Shown here: piece by piece, positions 31,062 through 41,525 of the stretch
Numbering within the stretch: the stretch's first letter is position 1
Layout: each line of letters begins with the position of its first letter
Source of the DNA: an uncultured Arcobacter sp.
GTDB lineage: Bacteria; Campylobacterota; Campylobacteria; Campylobacterales; Arcobacteraceae
Assembly (NCBI GenBank): GCA_965140705.1
Contig: OZ223301.1
Location: 256,001-320,000, forward strand
Reading direction: 5' to 3'
Length of the DNA stretch: 64,000 bases
Position numbers and translations under genes: made by a program
Notes under the pieces: model-generated
The model's input: only the letters and a program-made list of their open reading frames with translations
Told to the model about the DNA's origin: nothing
Database searches by the model: none

Positions 31062-32242
31062 TGTTTTCAATTTTTCCAATAAAAGGTTTTATAGACCAAA
31101 TCGATGGTTTTTATTGTGATGGAGTTTCAGCTGGATTAAAACCAAACAACAAAAAAGATATTGGTTTTATTTATAGTGATACTTTATGTAATGTTGGAGC
31201 TATTCTTACTAACAATAAATTTCAAGCTGCACCTTTAAGACATTATAAAAGATATGAAGATGATTTTAAAACAAATTTTGTACTTATAAATTCAAAAAAT
31301 GCAAATGCACTTACGGGTGAAAAAGGTATTGAAGATATTAATACAATATTTTCTTCATTAAAATTTGATATTACAAACCCTATTATGAGTTCAACGGGAG
31401 TTATTGGAAATAGACTTCCTATACAAAAAATAGTTGCTGGTGCAAATACTTTTGATTTATCAAGTAAAAATGGTGAAAATCTTAGTCAGGCAATTATGAC
31501 AACAGATGCATATCCAAAAACTTGTTTATATGAAGTAAAACTTGAAGATGGAAGTAGTTTTAAAATAGGTGCCGTTGCAAAAGGTGCAGGTATGATTAAT
31601 CCTAATCTTGCAACTATGTTATGTTTTGTTTGTACAGATGCAAAAGTTTCAAAAAAAGATATTGAAGAGGCATTAAATGAAAATAAAGAGACAACTTTTG
31701 ATGCAATTTCAGTTGATGGAGATACTTCTACAAATGATACAGTTTTAGTATTAGCAAATGGAAAATCAAATGCTTATGATAAAGAGGCATTTAAAGAGGC
31801 TTTAAAACTTGTAATGCATGATATGGCTATGTTAATGGTTGCAGATGGAGAAGGTGCTAAAAAAGCTGTTGCTTTTGAAGTAATAAACGCAGTAACAAAA
31901 GAAGATGCAATGAAAGCTGCAAAAGCTTTATCAAACTCACTACTTGTAAAAACAGCACTATTTGGAGAAGATCCAAACTTTGGACGAATTGCCTCAACAA
32001 TAGGAGCTAGTAGAATAGAGTGTGATGAAAATACTTTACTTATATCTTATAATGATGTTGTTGTATTTAATAAAGGTGAAATAGTATTTGATGCAAAATG
32101 TGAAGAAGAAGCTGGAAAAGTTTTACAAAATAAAGAGTTTAAAATTATTTGTGATATAGGACTTGGAAATGAAAGCTTTACAGCTTATGGTTGTGATTTA
32201 GGCCATGAGTATGTAAAAATAAATGCGGACTATAGATCATAA
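31061..32242 (+). CDS. argJ: Bifunctional ornithine acetyltransferase
   Basis: AIMTTD, KGAGMINPNLATML, DGDTSTND, DGEGA and INADYRS motifs. Confidence 0.96.
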   Translation: MFSIFPIKGFIDQIDGFYCDGVSAGLKPNNKKDIGFIYSDTLCNVGAILTNNKFQAAPLRHYKRYEDDFKTNFVLINSKNANALTGEKGIEDINTIFSSLKFDITNPIMSSTGVIGNRLPIQKIVAGANTFDLSSKNGENLSQAIMTTDAYPKTCLYEVKLEDGSSFKIGAVAKGAGMINPNLATMLCFVCTDAKVSKKDIEEALNENKETTFDAISVDGDTSTNDTVLVLANGKSNAYDKEAFKEALKLVMHDMAMLMVADGEGAKKAVAFEVINAVTKEDAMKAAKALSNSLLVKTALFGEDPNFGRIASTIGASRIECDENTLLISYNDVVVFNKGEIVFDAKCEEEAGKVLQNKEFKIICDIGLGNESFTAYGCDLGHEYVKINADYRS

Positions 32243-32252
32243 TAAACTATTT

Positions 32253-32277
32253 CAAAAGTGACATCTAGTCACTTTTG
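32253..32277 (+). terminator. Terminator after argJ
   Basis: CAAAAGTGAC-ATCTA-GTCACTTTTG. Confidence 0.7.
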
Positions 32278-32409
32278 TATATACAAAAATACAAAATATA
32301 AATCCTAATTCTTATATTTAAATATAAAAAATAAATGTAAATGATAATACATAGAAGTCTAAGAATTTACCTGATATAATCTACCTACAATTCAACAAAA
32401 GGATTTAAA

Positions 32410-32631
32410 ATGTTTCATGAATACAGAGAAGAAATAACAAAATTAAAAGCAAGTGATAACTATTTTCACAATCTATTTGAGAAGCATAATGCTTTAGATG
32501 AAGAGATTGAAAGTCTAGTAAAATCTCATGGGGATGAGTTTACAATAGAGGCAAAGAAAAAAGAGAAATTGAAACTGAAAGACGAAGTTTTTAATGCTAT
32601 TATTAAATACAGAAAAGAAAATAATTTATAA
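32410..32631 (+). CDS. YdcH/DUF465-family small coiled-coil protein
   Basis: MFHEYRE...LFEKHNALD...KKEKLKLKDE. Confidence 0.85.
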   Translation: MFHEYREEITKLKASDNYFHNLFEKHNALDEEIESLVKSHGDEFTIEAKKKEKLKLKDEVFNAIIKYRKENNL

Positions 32632-32651
32632 AAGTTAGCTTAAATTTTTAC

Positions 32652-32684
32652 AAGGGGGAAAGTTTTAAGCTTTCCCCCTTTTTT
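32652..32684 (+). terminator. Intrinsic terminator
   Basis: AAGGGGGAAAG-TTTTAAG-CTTTCCCCCTT followed by a T tract. Confidence 0.85.
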
Positions 32685-32745
32685 ATTCACAAATACTAAG
32701 TAAGATTTGGATAAAATATCTAAATTTTATAACAAGGCAATATCA

Positions 32746-35319
32746 ATGGAAAACCTTTTTGAAAATCAAGATATTATAGATATAAATATCGAAGATTCCG
32801 TAAAGTCTTCATACTTAGACTACTCGATGAGTGTAATTATTGGTCGAGCTTTACCAGATGCTAAAGATGGATTGAAGCCAGTACACAGAAGAATACTATT
32901 TGCAATGCATGATTTAAATATGAGCGCACGAGCTCCTTATAAAAAATCAGCGAGAATCGTAGGGGATGTTATTGGTAAGTACCATCCACATGGTGATACT
33001 TCAGTTTATGATGCACTTGTAAGAATGGCACAAAGTTTCTCTATGAGAGAACCACTTATTGATGGACAAGGGAACTTCGGTTCAGTAGATGGTGATAGTG
33101 CAGCAGCGATGAGATATACAGAATCAAGATTTACTAAAATCTCAGAAGATATTTTAAAAGATATAGATAAAGATACAGTTAACTTTACAGCAAACTATGA
33201 TGATACTTTAAAAGAGCCATCAGTTTTACCTACAAGAGTTCCTACACTACTTATGAATGGTTCTGAGGGGATTGCAGTTGGTATGGCTACAAAGATTCCT
33301 CCTCATAATTTAAATGAGTTGCTTGATGCAACAATGCATATTCTTGATAACCCAGAAGCAACGGCTGATGAATTAATGGAATTTATTCAAGGTCCAGATT
33401 TCCCAACAGGTGGAACTATCTTTGGAAGAAGAGGTATTATAGATGCATATAATACAGGACGTGGAAGAGTTAGAATTAGAGCTAAACACCATATTGAAAC
33501 AAGAGGTAAGAAAGAGATTATTGTACTTGATGAATTGCCTTATCAAGTAAATAAAGCAAGACTTATCGAACTTATTGCAAATCTTACAAAAGATAAACAA
33601 ATAGAGGGTATCTCAGAAGTAAGAGATGAATCAGATAGAGATGGTATTAGAGTTGTAATTGAACTTAAAAAAGATGCCATGAGTGAAATAGTTATGAATA
33701 ACTTATATAAGTCAACTCCAATGGAGACAACTTTTGGGATTATTCTTTTAGCTGTACATAATAAAGAGCCAAAGATATTTAATCTACCTGAGTTATTAAA
33801 TGTATTTATTTCACATAGAAAAACTGTAATTATTAGAAGAACAATATTTGATTTAGAAAAAGCAAAAGCAAGAGCTCATATCTTAGAAGGTTTAAAAATT
33901 GCCCTTGATAATATTGATGAAGTAGTAAAAATCATCAGAGCAAGTGCAAATGATGCTGATGCAAAAGAGAAATTAGAATTAAGATTTGGATTAAGTCCAA
34001 TCCAATCACAAGCTATTTTAGATATGAGATTAGGAAGATTAACAGGTCTTCAAAGGGATAAATTAGAAGCTGAGTATCAAGAACTTATGGCTTTAATTGC
34101 AGAACTTGAATCAATTCTAAAATCAGAAGAAAAATTAGTTGAAATCATAAAAGAAGAATTAAGTGAAATTAGAGAAAAATATTCATCTAAAAGATTAACT
34201 GATATTGAAGATTCTTATGATGAAATTGATATTGAAGACTTAATTCCAAATGAGCCAATGGTAGTTACTATTACTCATAATGGTTATGTAAAAAGAGTAC
34301 CAATTAAATCATATGAAAAACAAAGAAGAGGTGGTAAAGGTAAAGTTGCAGTTACTACACATGATGATGACTTTATAGAAAGATTCTTTGTAACTAATAC
34401 CCATGATACCTTAATGTTTGTTACAAATATGGGGCAATTATACTGGTTGAAAGTTTATAGAATCCCAGAAGGAAGTAGAACAGCTAAAGGTAAAGCGGTT
34501 GTAAATCTTATTAATTTAAGACCTGATGAGAAGATTATGGAAATTATTCCAACATCTGATTTTGATGAATCTAAATCTTTAGCTTTCTTTACTAGAAATG
34601 GTGTTGTAAAAAGAACATCATTATCAGAATTTAGTAATATAAGAAGTAATGGTGTAAGAGCAATTGTTCTTGATGATGCTGATGAAATTGTAACAGCTAA
34701 AATTACAACTCCTAGTACTCAATACTTGATGATTTTCACAAGTTTAGGTCAATGTATTAGATTTGATGTTGAAAAAACAAGAGAACAAGGTAGAAGTACA
34801 AGAGGGGTAAGAGGTATCAAGTTTAAACATGATAGTGATTTTGTAGTTGATGCAAATGTTGTTGATAATATCGAGCAAGAGTTATTAACAGTATCTGAAA
34901 AAGGTATCGGAAAAAGAACTACAGTAGAAGAATATAGAGAGACAAATAGAGCAGGTTCTGGTGTTATTTCTATGAAACTAAGCGCTAAAACAGGAAATGT
35001 TGTAGGTGCTGTATTAGTTGATGAAGCACAAGACTTGATGATTTTAACTTCTATTGGTAAAATGATTAGAGTGGATATGCAAACAATTAGAAAAGCTGGA
35101 AGAAATACATCTGGTGTAATTATTGTAAATGTTGATGCAAAAGATAAAGTTGTTTCAATAGCAAAATGTCCTAAAGAAGACGATGATGAATTAGATATCG
35201 AAAATGCTGATACTATGGATGGTATCAATTTAGATGAGTTTAATCTAAAAGATAAACCTGAAGAAGGAAATAACGATACTAATAATAAAGATGAAGATAA
35301 TATATTAGGAGAAGATTAG
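32746..35319 (+). CDS. gyrA: DNA gyrase subunit A
   Basis: YHPHGD, AAMRYTE, GyrA-box QRRGGKG and an acidic tail; ATG at 32746. Confidence 0.98.
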   Translation: MENLFENQDIIDINIEDSVKSSYLDYSMSVIIGRALPDAKDGLKPVHRRILFAMHDLNMSARAPYKKSARIVGDVIGKYHPHGDTSVYDALVRMAQSFSMREPLIDGQGNFGSVDGDSAAAMRYTESRFTKISEDILKDIDKDTVNFTANYDDTLKEPSVLPTRVPTLLMNGSEGIAVGMATKIPPHNLNELLDATMHILDNPEATADELMEFIQGPDFPTGGTIFGRRGIIDAYNTGRGRVRIRAKHHIETRGKKEIIVLDELPYQVNKARLIELIANLTKDKQIEGISEVRDESDRDGIRVVIELKKDAMSEIVMNNLYKSTPMETTFGIILLAVHNKEPKIFNLPELLNVFISHRKTVIIRRTIFDLEKAKARAHILEGLKIALDNIDEVVKIIRASANDADAKEKLELRFGLSPIQSQAILDMRLGRLTGLQRDKLEAEYQELMALIAELESILKSEEKLVEIIKEELSEIREKYSSKRLTDIEDSYDEIDIEDLIPNEPMVVTITHNGYVKRVPIKSYEKQRRGGKGKVAVTTHDDDFIERFFVTNTHDTLMFVTNMGQLYWLKVYRIPEGSRTAKGKAVVNLINLRPDEKIMEIIPTSDFDESKSLAFFTRNGVVKRTSLSEFSNIRSNGVRAIVLDDADEIVTAKITTPSTQYLMIFTSLGQCIRFDVEKTREQGRSTRGVRGIKFKHDSDFVVDANVVDNIEQELLTVSEKGIGKRTTVEEYRETNRAGSGVISMKLSAKTGNVVGAVLVDEAQDLMILTSIGKMIRVDMQTIRKAGRNTSGVIIVNVDAKDKVVSIAKCPKEDDDELDIENADTMDGINLDEFNLKDKPEEGNNDTNNKDEDNILGED

Positions 35320-35321
35320 AA

Positions 35322-36359
35322 ATGAGAAAATTTAATGTAGCAGTAGTTGGTGCTACTGGTGCAGTTGGTGAAGAACTGTTTAGAGTTATGGAAGCATATG
35401 ACTTCCCTGTTAATAAAATCGTTCCCTTAGCAAGTGCAAGAAGTTTAGGTAGTACTATTGAATATAAAAACAAAGAGATAAAAGTTTTAGAGTTAACTGA
35501 AACTTGTTTTGAAGAAAATGAAGTAGATATTGCATTTTTTAGTGCAGGTGGTTCTATATCTGAAAAATTTGCAAAATATGCTGTTGAAGCAGGGGCTGTA
35601 GTTATTGATAATACAAGCCATTTTAGAATGGATGAAAATGTACCTTTAGTAGTACCAGAAGTAAATCCACAAGATATAGCTTTATGGAAAGAGACTGGAA
35701 TTATTGCAAATCCAAATTGTTCTACTATTCAAATGGTATTGTCTTTAAAACCACTTGATGAACTTTATGGAATAAAAAGAGTTGATGTATCTACTTATCA
35801 AGCTGTTTCTGGAGCTGGTAAAAAAGGTATGGAAGAACTTATAAAACAAATGCAAGATATGCTAACTTTCAAATTAGATGATACAAAAATTGAAGCTTTT
35901 GCACATAGAATTGTAAATAATGTTATTCCTCAAATAGATGTAGCTCAAGCTAATGGTTTCACTAAAGAAGAGATGAAGATGGTAAAAGAGACTCAGAAAA
36001 TCATGCACAAAAGTATGCAAATAGCTGCTACTTGTGTGAGAGTACCTGTTTTAAGAAGTCACTCAGAGTCTATTACTGTTACATTTGAAGATGGTGTAGA
36101 TGTTGATGTAAATGTAGTAAGAGAAGCTTTAGCAAAATTTGAGAATGTAGAAGTAATAGATGATCTTGAAAACAATGCATATCCTATGCCAATTGTTTCA
36201 ACAGATACTGATACTACATTTGTAGGAAGAATTAGAAAAGATATTTATTCTTCTAATGTTGTTCATTATTTTAATGTAGCTGACCAAGTAAGAGTAGGGG
36301 CTGCAACAAACTCAGTTCGAATCGCTCTTAAATGGATAGAAGTGGAAAACGAGATTTAA
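35322..36359 (+). CDS. asd: Aspartate-semialdehyde dehydrogenase
   Basis: GATGAVG, NPNCST and YQAVSGAG motifs. Confidence 0.97.
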   Translation: MRKFNVAVVGATGAVGEELFRVMEAYDFPVNKIVPLASARSLGSTIEYKNKEIKVLELTETCFEENEVDIAFFSAGGSISEKFAKYAVEAGAVVIDNTSHFRMDENVPLVVPEVNPQDIALWKETGIIANPNCSTIQMVLSLKPLDELYGIKRVDVSTYQAVSGAGKKGMEELIKQMQDMLTFKLDDTKIEAFAHRIVNNVIPQIDVAQANGFTKEEMKMVKETQKIMHKSMQIAATCVRVPVLRSHSESITVTFEDGVDVDVNVVREALAKFENVEVIDDLENNAYPMPIVSTDTDTTFVGRIRKDIYSSNVVHYFNVADQVRVGAATNSVRIALKWIEVENEI

Positions 36360-36871
36360 TGATTGAAAAGCTTTTTGAAGCTTGCATGTGGAAGACAAGA
36401 TTTCTTGTCCTCTCTGCAGTTATCTTTGGATTAATCGGAGCATTAGTTCTTTTTGTAATTGCTAGTATGGATATATATGCTATGGCAGAATATGCTTTTA
36501 AAACTATAATTAATCATGCTCATCCTCAAGATTTTCATGAAGATATTGTAGGTGGTATTATAGGAGCAGTTGATTTATATCTTATTGCTGTTGTTATGTT
36601 AATATTTTCATTTGGAGTATATGAACTTTTTATCTCTCCAATTGATCATTCAGAAGATGCAAAAGAAGATTCAAAGATTCTATCAATCACAACATTAGAC
36701 CAACTAAAAGATAAAATAGCAAAAGTTATTGTTATGGTTTTAGTTGTTAATTTCTTCCAAAGAGTTTTACATACTCAATACAATGGCGCACTAGAAATGT
36801 TATATTTCGCCCTTGCTGTTACTGCACTAGCAGTTGGACTTTTCTTTCTAGGAAAAGTTGGAAAACATTAA
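36359..36871 (+). CDS. YqhA/UPF0114 membrane protein
   Basis: VDLYLIA...GVYELFIS and LDQLKDK motifs. Confidence 0.85.
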   Translation: MIEKLFEACMWKTRFLVLSAVIFGLIGALVLFVIASMDIYAMAEYAFKTIINHAHPQDFHEDIVGGIIGAVDLYLIAVVMLIFSFGVYELFISPIDHSEDAKEDSKILSITTLDQLKDKIAKVIVMVLVVNFFQRVLHTQYNGALEMLYFALAVTALAVGLFFLGKVGKH

Positions 36872-36893
36872 GAATACTAAAGGAAAATTATAG

Positions 36894-37925
36894 ATGTCAA
36901 AAATATTTGTAGACGCATGTTTTAGAAAACCAACTCCTTATACTCCTGTATGGATGATGAGACAAGCAGGTAGATATTTACCTGAGTATATGAAAGTAAG
37001 AGCACAAGCTGGAAACTTTTTAAATCTGTGCCACAATCCAAAACTAGCAGCTGAAGTTACTATCCAGCCACTTGATATAGTTGGTGTTGATGCAGCTATT
37101 TTATTTAGTGATATTTTAGTTATTCCAAATGAAATGGGTATGCACTTAGAGTTTATCAAAGGTGAAGGTCCAATCTTCAAAGACCCAATTAAAACAGAAG
37201 CTGAGGTTGATGCTTTACTTGGTGGAAGTGAAGCTGCTGATAAATTAACTTATGTATATGAAACTATCAAGTTATTAAAACAACAACTACCAGAAGATAA
37301 AGCTCTTATAGGTTTTACTGGTGCTTCTTGGACCTTAGCAACTTATATGATAGAAGGACAAGGTACAAAGACATATAATATCTGTAAAAAGATGATGTAC
37401 TCAAATCCAGAACTTCTACATAAGATTTTGAAAAAAGTAACTGAAGTAGTAAAGCTATATATGGAAAATCAAATAAAAGCAGGTGCAGATGTTGTTCAAA
37501 TCTTTGATTCATGGGCAGCAGCAATAGAACCAGCAAAATATGATGAATTTTCTTGGAAATATATGGTAGAGATAGCTGATTATTTAAAAGAGAAATATCC
37601 ACATATTCCTATTATCATGTTCCCTAAAGGTGTTCCAGCATTTTTAGATAAAGTATATGGAAACTTTGATGTATTTGGTGTAGATTGGGGAACTCCAATG
37701 GCACTAGCTAAAGAAAAACTTGGGGATAAATATGTTTTACAAGGTAATATGGAACCTTGTAGATTGTATTCAAAAGAAGCTACAACTATGTGTGTTGAAG
37801 CAATTCAAGACATCATGCAAGGTGATGGACATATTTTTAACTTAGGTCATGGTATTTTGCCAGATGTTCCAGTTGAAAATGCTATTCACTTTGTAAAAGA
37901 GTGCCAAAGAGTTAGTAAAAAATAG
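36894..37925 (+). CDS. hemE: Uroporphyrinogen decarboxylase
   Basis: [18 protein letters not shown] and FNLGHGI motifs. Confidence 0.97.
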   Translation: MSKIFVDACFRKPTPYTPVWMMRQAGRYLPEYMKVRAQAGNFLNLCHNPKLAAEVTIQPLDIVGVDAAILFSDILVIPNEMGMHLEFIKGEGPIFKDPIKTEAEVDALLGGSEAADKLTYVYETIKLLKQQLPEDKALIGFTGASWTLATYMIEGQGTKTYNICKKMMYSNPELLHKILKKVTEVVKLYMENQIKAGADVVQIFDSWAAAIEPAKYDEFSWKYMVEIADYLKEKYPHIPIIMFPKGVPAFLDKVYGNFDVFGVDWGTPMALAKEKLGDKYVLQGNMEPCRLYSKEATTMCVEAIQDIMQGDGHIFNLGHGILPDVPVENAIHFVKECQRVSKK

Positions 37926-38833
37926 TGTCTAATATAATCTTTGGTCCTATTCCCTCAAGAAGATTTGGTATCTCTTTGGGAGTAGATTTATCCCCTGACA
38001 CAAAACAGTGTAATTTTGACTGCTTATACTGTGAATTAAAGCCTGCAAAAACAGTTGATAAGATGGATTCATACCCAAGTGTAGATGAAGTCTTAGAGGC
38101 TATTAAAGATTCTTATGAGAAGCATCCCAAAATTGATGTTATAACAATCACTGCAAATGGAGAGCCAACACTCTATCCTAAACTTGATGAACTAATTACA
38201 AAAATAGATGAAATCAAAAATGATACTAAGACATTGATATTATCAAATGGTGGTACTATATATGATAAAAAGATTTTTGATGCTTTATTGAAATTTGATA
38301 CAGTGAAATTATCACTTGATTGTGTAAGTCAAAAGTGTTTTAAAAAACTAGATAGAATTCACAATAATATCGATATAGAAAAAATAATCGAGTCAATGAT
38401 AGAGTTTAGAAAAAAGACAAACAAAAGCTTTGTACTAGAGATACTTTTTGTAAAAAATCTAAATGATAAAGACGAAGAGATAGAACTGTTATATGAAGCT
38501 GTTAAAAAGATAAATCCTCATAGAGTTGATATTGGTACTATTGATAGACCACCAGCTTATGAAGTCAAACCAGTAAGCTTTGAGACACTAGAAAGTATAG
38601 CAAAAAGATTTGAAAATATAAACGTAAATATTGCATATAAAAATAGACCAAAACAGATAAACTCATATAGTAGTGAAGAGATATTATCTATGCTAGAGAG
38701 ACGACCTTTGACCTTAGAAGATATTAATAATATGTTTGATGAAAATAGTAAAAAAGAGCTAGAAAAGCTAGTAGAAATGGCAAAAATTTCATTAGTAGAT
38801 AGTGCAGGCTTAAATTTCTATAAAATTTGCTAA
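37925..38833 (+). CDS. Radical SAM protein
   Basis: GPIPSRRFG, CNFDCLYC and NGEPTL motifs. Confidence 0.9.
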   Translation: MSNIIFGPIPSRRFGISLGVDLSPDTKQCNFDCLYCELKPAKTVDKMDSYPSVDEVLEAIKDSYEKHPKIDVITITANGEPTLYPKLDELITKIDEIKNDTKTLILSNGGTIYDKKIFDALLKFDTVKLSLDCVSQKCFKKLDRIHNNIDIEKIIESMIEFRKKTNKSFVLEILFVKNLNDKDEEIELLYEAVKKINPHRVDIGTIDRPPAYEVKPVSFETLESIAKRFENINVNIAYKNRPKQINSYSSEEILSMLERRPLTLEDINNMFDENSKKELEKLVEMAKISLVDSAGLNFYKIC

Positions 38834-38849
38834 TTTTTATAAAAATCAC

Positions 38850-38878
38850 TTGACAATAAAAACAAATTTTACTATACT
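38850..38878 (+). promoter_or_regulatory. Sigma70 promoter of the tRNA pair
   Basis: TTGACA-17 bp-TATACT. Confidence 0.85.
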
Positions 38879-38905
38879 TCCACTCCATTTAAAGAGAAGA
38901 AAGAT

Positions 38906-38980
38906 TCCGGCATAGCTCAGCGGTAGAGTAGATGACTGTTAATCATTTGGTCCCTGGTTCGAACCCAGGTGCCGGAGCCA
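38906..38980 (+). tRNA. tRNA-Asn(GTT)
   Basis: Acceptor TCCGGCA/TGCCGGA, anticodon loop CTGTTAA, GGTTCGAA T-arm, encoded CCA. Confidence 0.97.
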
Positions 38981-39013
38981 TCAAACTTCTTTTTAAATAC
39001 CTTTTATACAAGT

Positions 39014-39088
39014 TCCGGCATAGCTCAGCGGTAGAGTAGATGACTGTTAATCATTTGGTCCCTGGTTCGAACCCAGGTGCCGGAGCCA
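39014..39088 (+). tRNA. tRNA-Asn(GTT), identical second copy
   Basis: Identical 75-nt sequence to 38906-38980. Confidence 0.97.
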
Positions 39089-39109
39089 CTATCCTTTTAC
39101 TTCGAAAAG

Positions 39110-39251
39110 AAATCAATTTATTAAACAATCTTTTAAAATATTTCAGCGTTAAATCAATTTTTTGATTTACTCATTACCGTGATGGTAACTCCTAAACCAA
39201 AAAATTAATTTGCCTCGAACTCTTTTAAAATCTTATTCACTAAATTGATTT
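39110..39251. repeat. ~140-bp imperfect palindrome
   Basis: AAATCAATTTA...TAAATTGATTT outer arms, TTTTAAAA pair, AAATCAATTTTTTGATTTA/TAAACCAAAAAATTAATTT inner arms, TTACC-GTGAT-GGTAA apex. Confidence 0.8.
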
Positions 39252-39345
39252 GTGTTTTAGTATATTTTTTATTTGCATGTTGATGAAATTATCAAGTTAA
39301 ATTATGTGATATAATTAATTGACAATTTTTTATTAAAGGATTTTA

Positions 39346-40854
39346 TTGCATACTCAATATATTAATGAACTATCTAATTTAACATCTTCTCATAAAATTA
39401 TTCCTTTTTTGGGTGCAGGTTCTTCCATAAATCATCTTATTAGTTGGGATGAACTATCTAATAAATTGCGTGCTGAATTAGAAGAAGAAAGCTTAAATAT
39501 ATCTAATCTTGAAATTGCACAGAAGTATGTTGATATAAAAGGACATAAGTGTTTTGTAGAGTTTTTAGATAAATTTTTAAAAGTAGAAAAGTATGATGAG
39601 AATTTGGATATTTTACCTTTAATTATCGCATCCCTTGGTATAGGATTAATTTACACAACGAATCAAGATAATGTTTTTGAAAAATGTATTGAGCAATATG
39701 GTAAAAAATATAAAGTAGTAAAAACTTTAGATGATTTATCTACATATTTACCTGGGGAAAATCTTTACATTAAATACCATGGAGATACCACTTTACCTGA
39801 TAGTTTAATATTTACAAAAGATTCATATGATATCCGTATGAATAATAAAAATCATTTTTTAAATATTAAAATGAGAGCTGATTTACTTACAAAATCTTTT
39901 TTATTTATCGGTTATAGTTTTAGAGACCCTAATATTAAGTTATTATTTGAAGAAATAAATAGTGTATTTGATAATAATTTACCAAAATCATATTTAATTG
40001 CGTATCATTACACCAAAGAACTAGAAGAGCTTAATAAATTGTTTGGAATCATAATTATTGATCCATTAAAGGAATTACCACACTGTAATAATGAACAAGA
40101 AGCTTTTGAACAATATTTAAGTCTTTTAACTGAGGAGACATTAATTAAGAAATCAAATTCTGAACTTGATATTATATTTAAGCCTGATATACCATCTACT
40201 AGAAAAGTTGTAAACAAATATGAACTTTTAAGTATTGAAAGATTATTAAAAAATGATGATACTATTTCAGCACTCAACCTTTTTAGAGTGGTTATGGATA
40301 CTTCTTTAATTCCAAAATCATATCAAGAACGAACAAAAAATATATTCCTTGAAATTTGTAAAGGATTGATAAACCCTAATGATATTCAGAATTTAGTAGG
40401 AGCATTGTTTAATTTGACTTCATTAGAGTTTAAACACTCAATTGACGCATTAGCTGGAGTTTTAACACGTGCAATTTATATTGAACAAACAAATGGAATA
40501 AATATTTTTAAACCTACAATAAGAACACTTAAAGAATCAATATATCCAATTGCTACAGCAAGAGCAATTGAATATATTAAAGAATGGGATTTAAATGTCA
40601 ATGACAATTTTCGTCATCAATCTCAGAATTGGCTGGAAAAATATAGTGATTTACCTGATGAAATTAAAGAGTATGTTTCTTCTTATATTTCTTGGGCTTG
40701 GAAGGAACATACAATTTATGAAAATCCTATTGAGCGTGCTCTAAGATTAAATAATAATTCATTTAAGAGTAAATCTTATGAACAAATACACCATGATTTA
40801 ACTTCTTTATTTCCACAAAAAATTTTTAAGCCTTATGAAGAAGTAATAATATAA
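39346..40854 (+). CDS. SIR2-like domain protein (probable anti-phage NADase) with an unknown C-terminal domain
   Basis: FLGAGSS, YTTNQD, KYHG and FIGYSFRDPN SIR2 motifs; TTG start with AAAGGA RBS; TGATATAAT extended -10 at 39307-39315. Confidence 0.85.
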   Translation: MHTQYINELSNLTSSHKIIPFLGAGSSINHLISWDELSNKLRAELEEESLNISNLEIAQKYVDIKGHKCFVEFLDKFLKVEKYDENLDILPLIIASLGIGLIYTTNQDNVFEKCIEQYGKKYKVVKTLDDLSTYLPGENLYIKYHGDTTLPDSLIFTKDSYDIRMNNKNHFLNIKMRADLLTKSFLFIGYSFRDPNIKLLFEEINSVFDNNLPKSYLIAYHYTKELEELNKLFGIIIIDPLKELPHCNNEQEAFEQYLSLLTEETLIKKSNSELDIIFKPDIPSTRKVVNKYELLSIERLLKNDDTISALNLFRVVMDTSLIPKSYQERTKNIFLEICKGLINPNDIQNLVGALFNLTSLEFKHSIDALAGVLTRAIYIEQTNGINIFKPTIRTLKESIYPIATARAIEYIKEWDLNVNDNFRHQSQNWLEKYSDLPDEIKEYVSSYISWAWKEHTIYENPIERALRLNNNSFKSKSYEQIHHDLTSLFPQKIFKPYEEVII

Positions 40855-40900
40855 AAAGTTCTGATGATTATTTAAAATTTTCTAAATGCAAGTTTTAATA

Positions 40901-41035
40901 AGCGAGTTTTCTCAAAGAGAGTGCAAGCACAAGCCAAGTAGAAAAGATAAAAATAATAAGTGAGGGAACCTTTGGCTTCGAAGCCGTTGAGTTTTCTTTG
41001 CATACTTTCTTTACATTAAAGAAAGTATGGAGCGG
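40901..41035. repeat. Structured intergenic element with GGCTTCGAAGCC palindrome and a 13-bp hairpin
   Basis: Palindrome at 40974-40985; CATACTTTCTTTA-CAT-TAAAGAAAGTATG at 41001-41029; 30-nt segment repeated at 41496. Confidence 0.6.
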
Positions 41036-41108
41036 AAAGATTTAGCTTTACAAGAGGAAGCTTACTATATATATTAAGGTTATTTTATCTTCAGTTAAAT
41101 GATAAGTA

Positions 41109-41438
41109 TCAAAGTTTTGCCAACATAACCAGAATAAATGGAACATGGTGTTTAGGAGCACCTACGATATCGAATACTTTACATGTTACACCTGCAAACT
41201 TTAGAATATCATCTTTTGTATATTCATGTTCGTAGGCATTATCAAATAACTCTAGAGTTTTTTGTGATACTAGCTCTAAGTCATCACAATTAACAATATC
41301 TTCATCAAGTGATTTTACAAATTTACATGCATGTGGAAATGTTTCAAATAGCTCTTTTAACTCTTGTTCTTCAATACCTTCCAAAAGTTGTGGGTACTTA
41401 TGAAAAAAATCGCTTATTTCTTGAAATTTACAAACCAT
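41109..41438 (-). CDS. Hypothetical acidic protein
   Basis: 109-aa ORF with AAGG RBS; no recognised motif. Confidence 0.75.
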   Translation of the reverse strand: MVCKFQEISDFFHKYPQLLEGIEEQELKELFETFPHACKFVKSLDEDIVNCDDLELVSQKTLELFDNAYEHEYTKDDILKFAGVTCKVFDIVGAPKHHVPFILVMLAKL

Positions 41439-41495
41439 ATTATTACCTTATGTTTATTTTTTTATATACATAAAGTGTGCCGTTTTTTTTTCAAT

Positions 41496-41525
41496 TAGAA
41501 AAAATAAAAATAATAAGTGAGAGAA
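41496..41525. repeat. Partial direct repeat of 40939-40968
   Basis: TAGAAAAAATAAAAATAATAAGTGAGAGAA vs TAGAAAAGATAAAAATAATAAGTGAGGGAA (28/30 identical). Confidence 0.7.

Noticed and set aside
38906..39088. The second tRNA-Asn as an att-site duplication of an integrated element
   Set aside because: Both copies are complete and 33 bp apart. I saw no integrase and no distal copy of the tRNA 3' end in the window.
39280..39295. FNR box upstream of the SIR2 gene (TTGAT-GAAATT-ATCAA)
   Set aside because: The spacer is 6 nt rather than the canonical 4. It may be another operator but is unsupported.
39110..40854. Palindrome plus SIR2 gene as a retron (msr-msd plus effector)
   Set aside because: No reverse transcriptase is encoded anywhere in the window.
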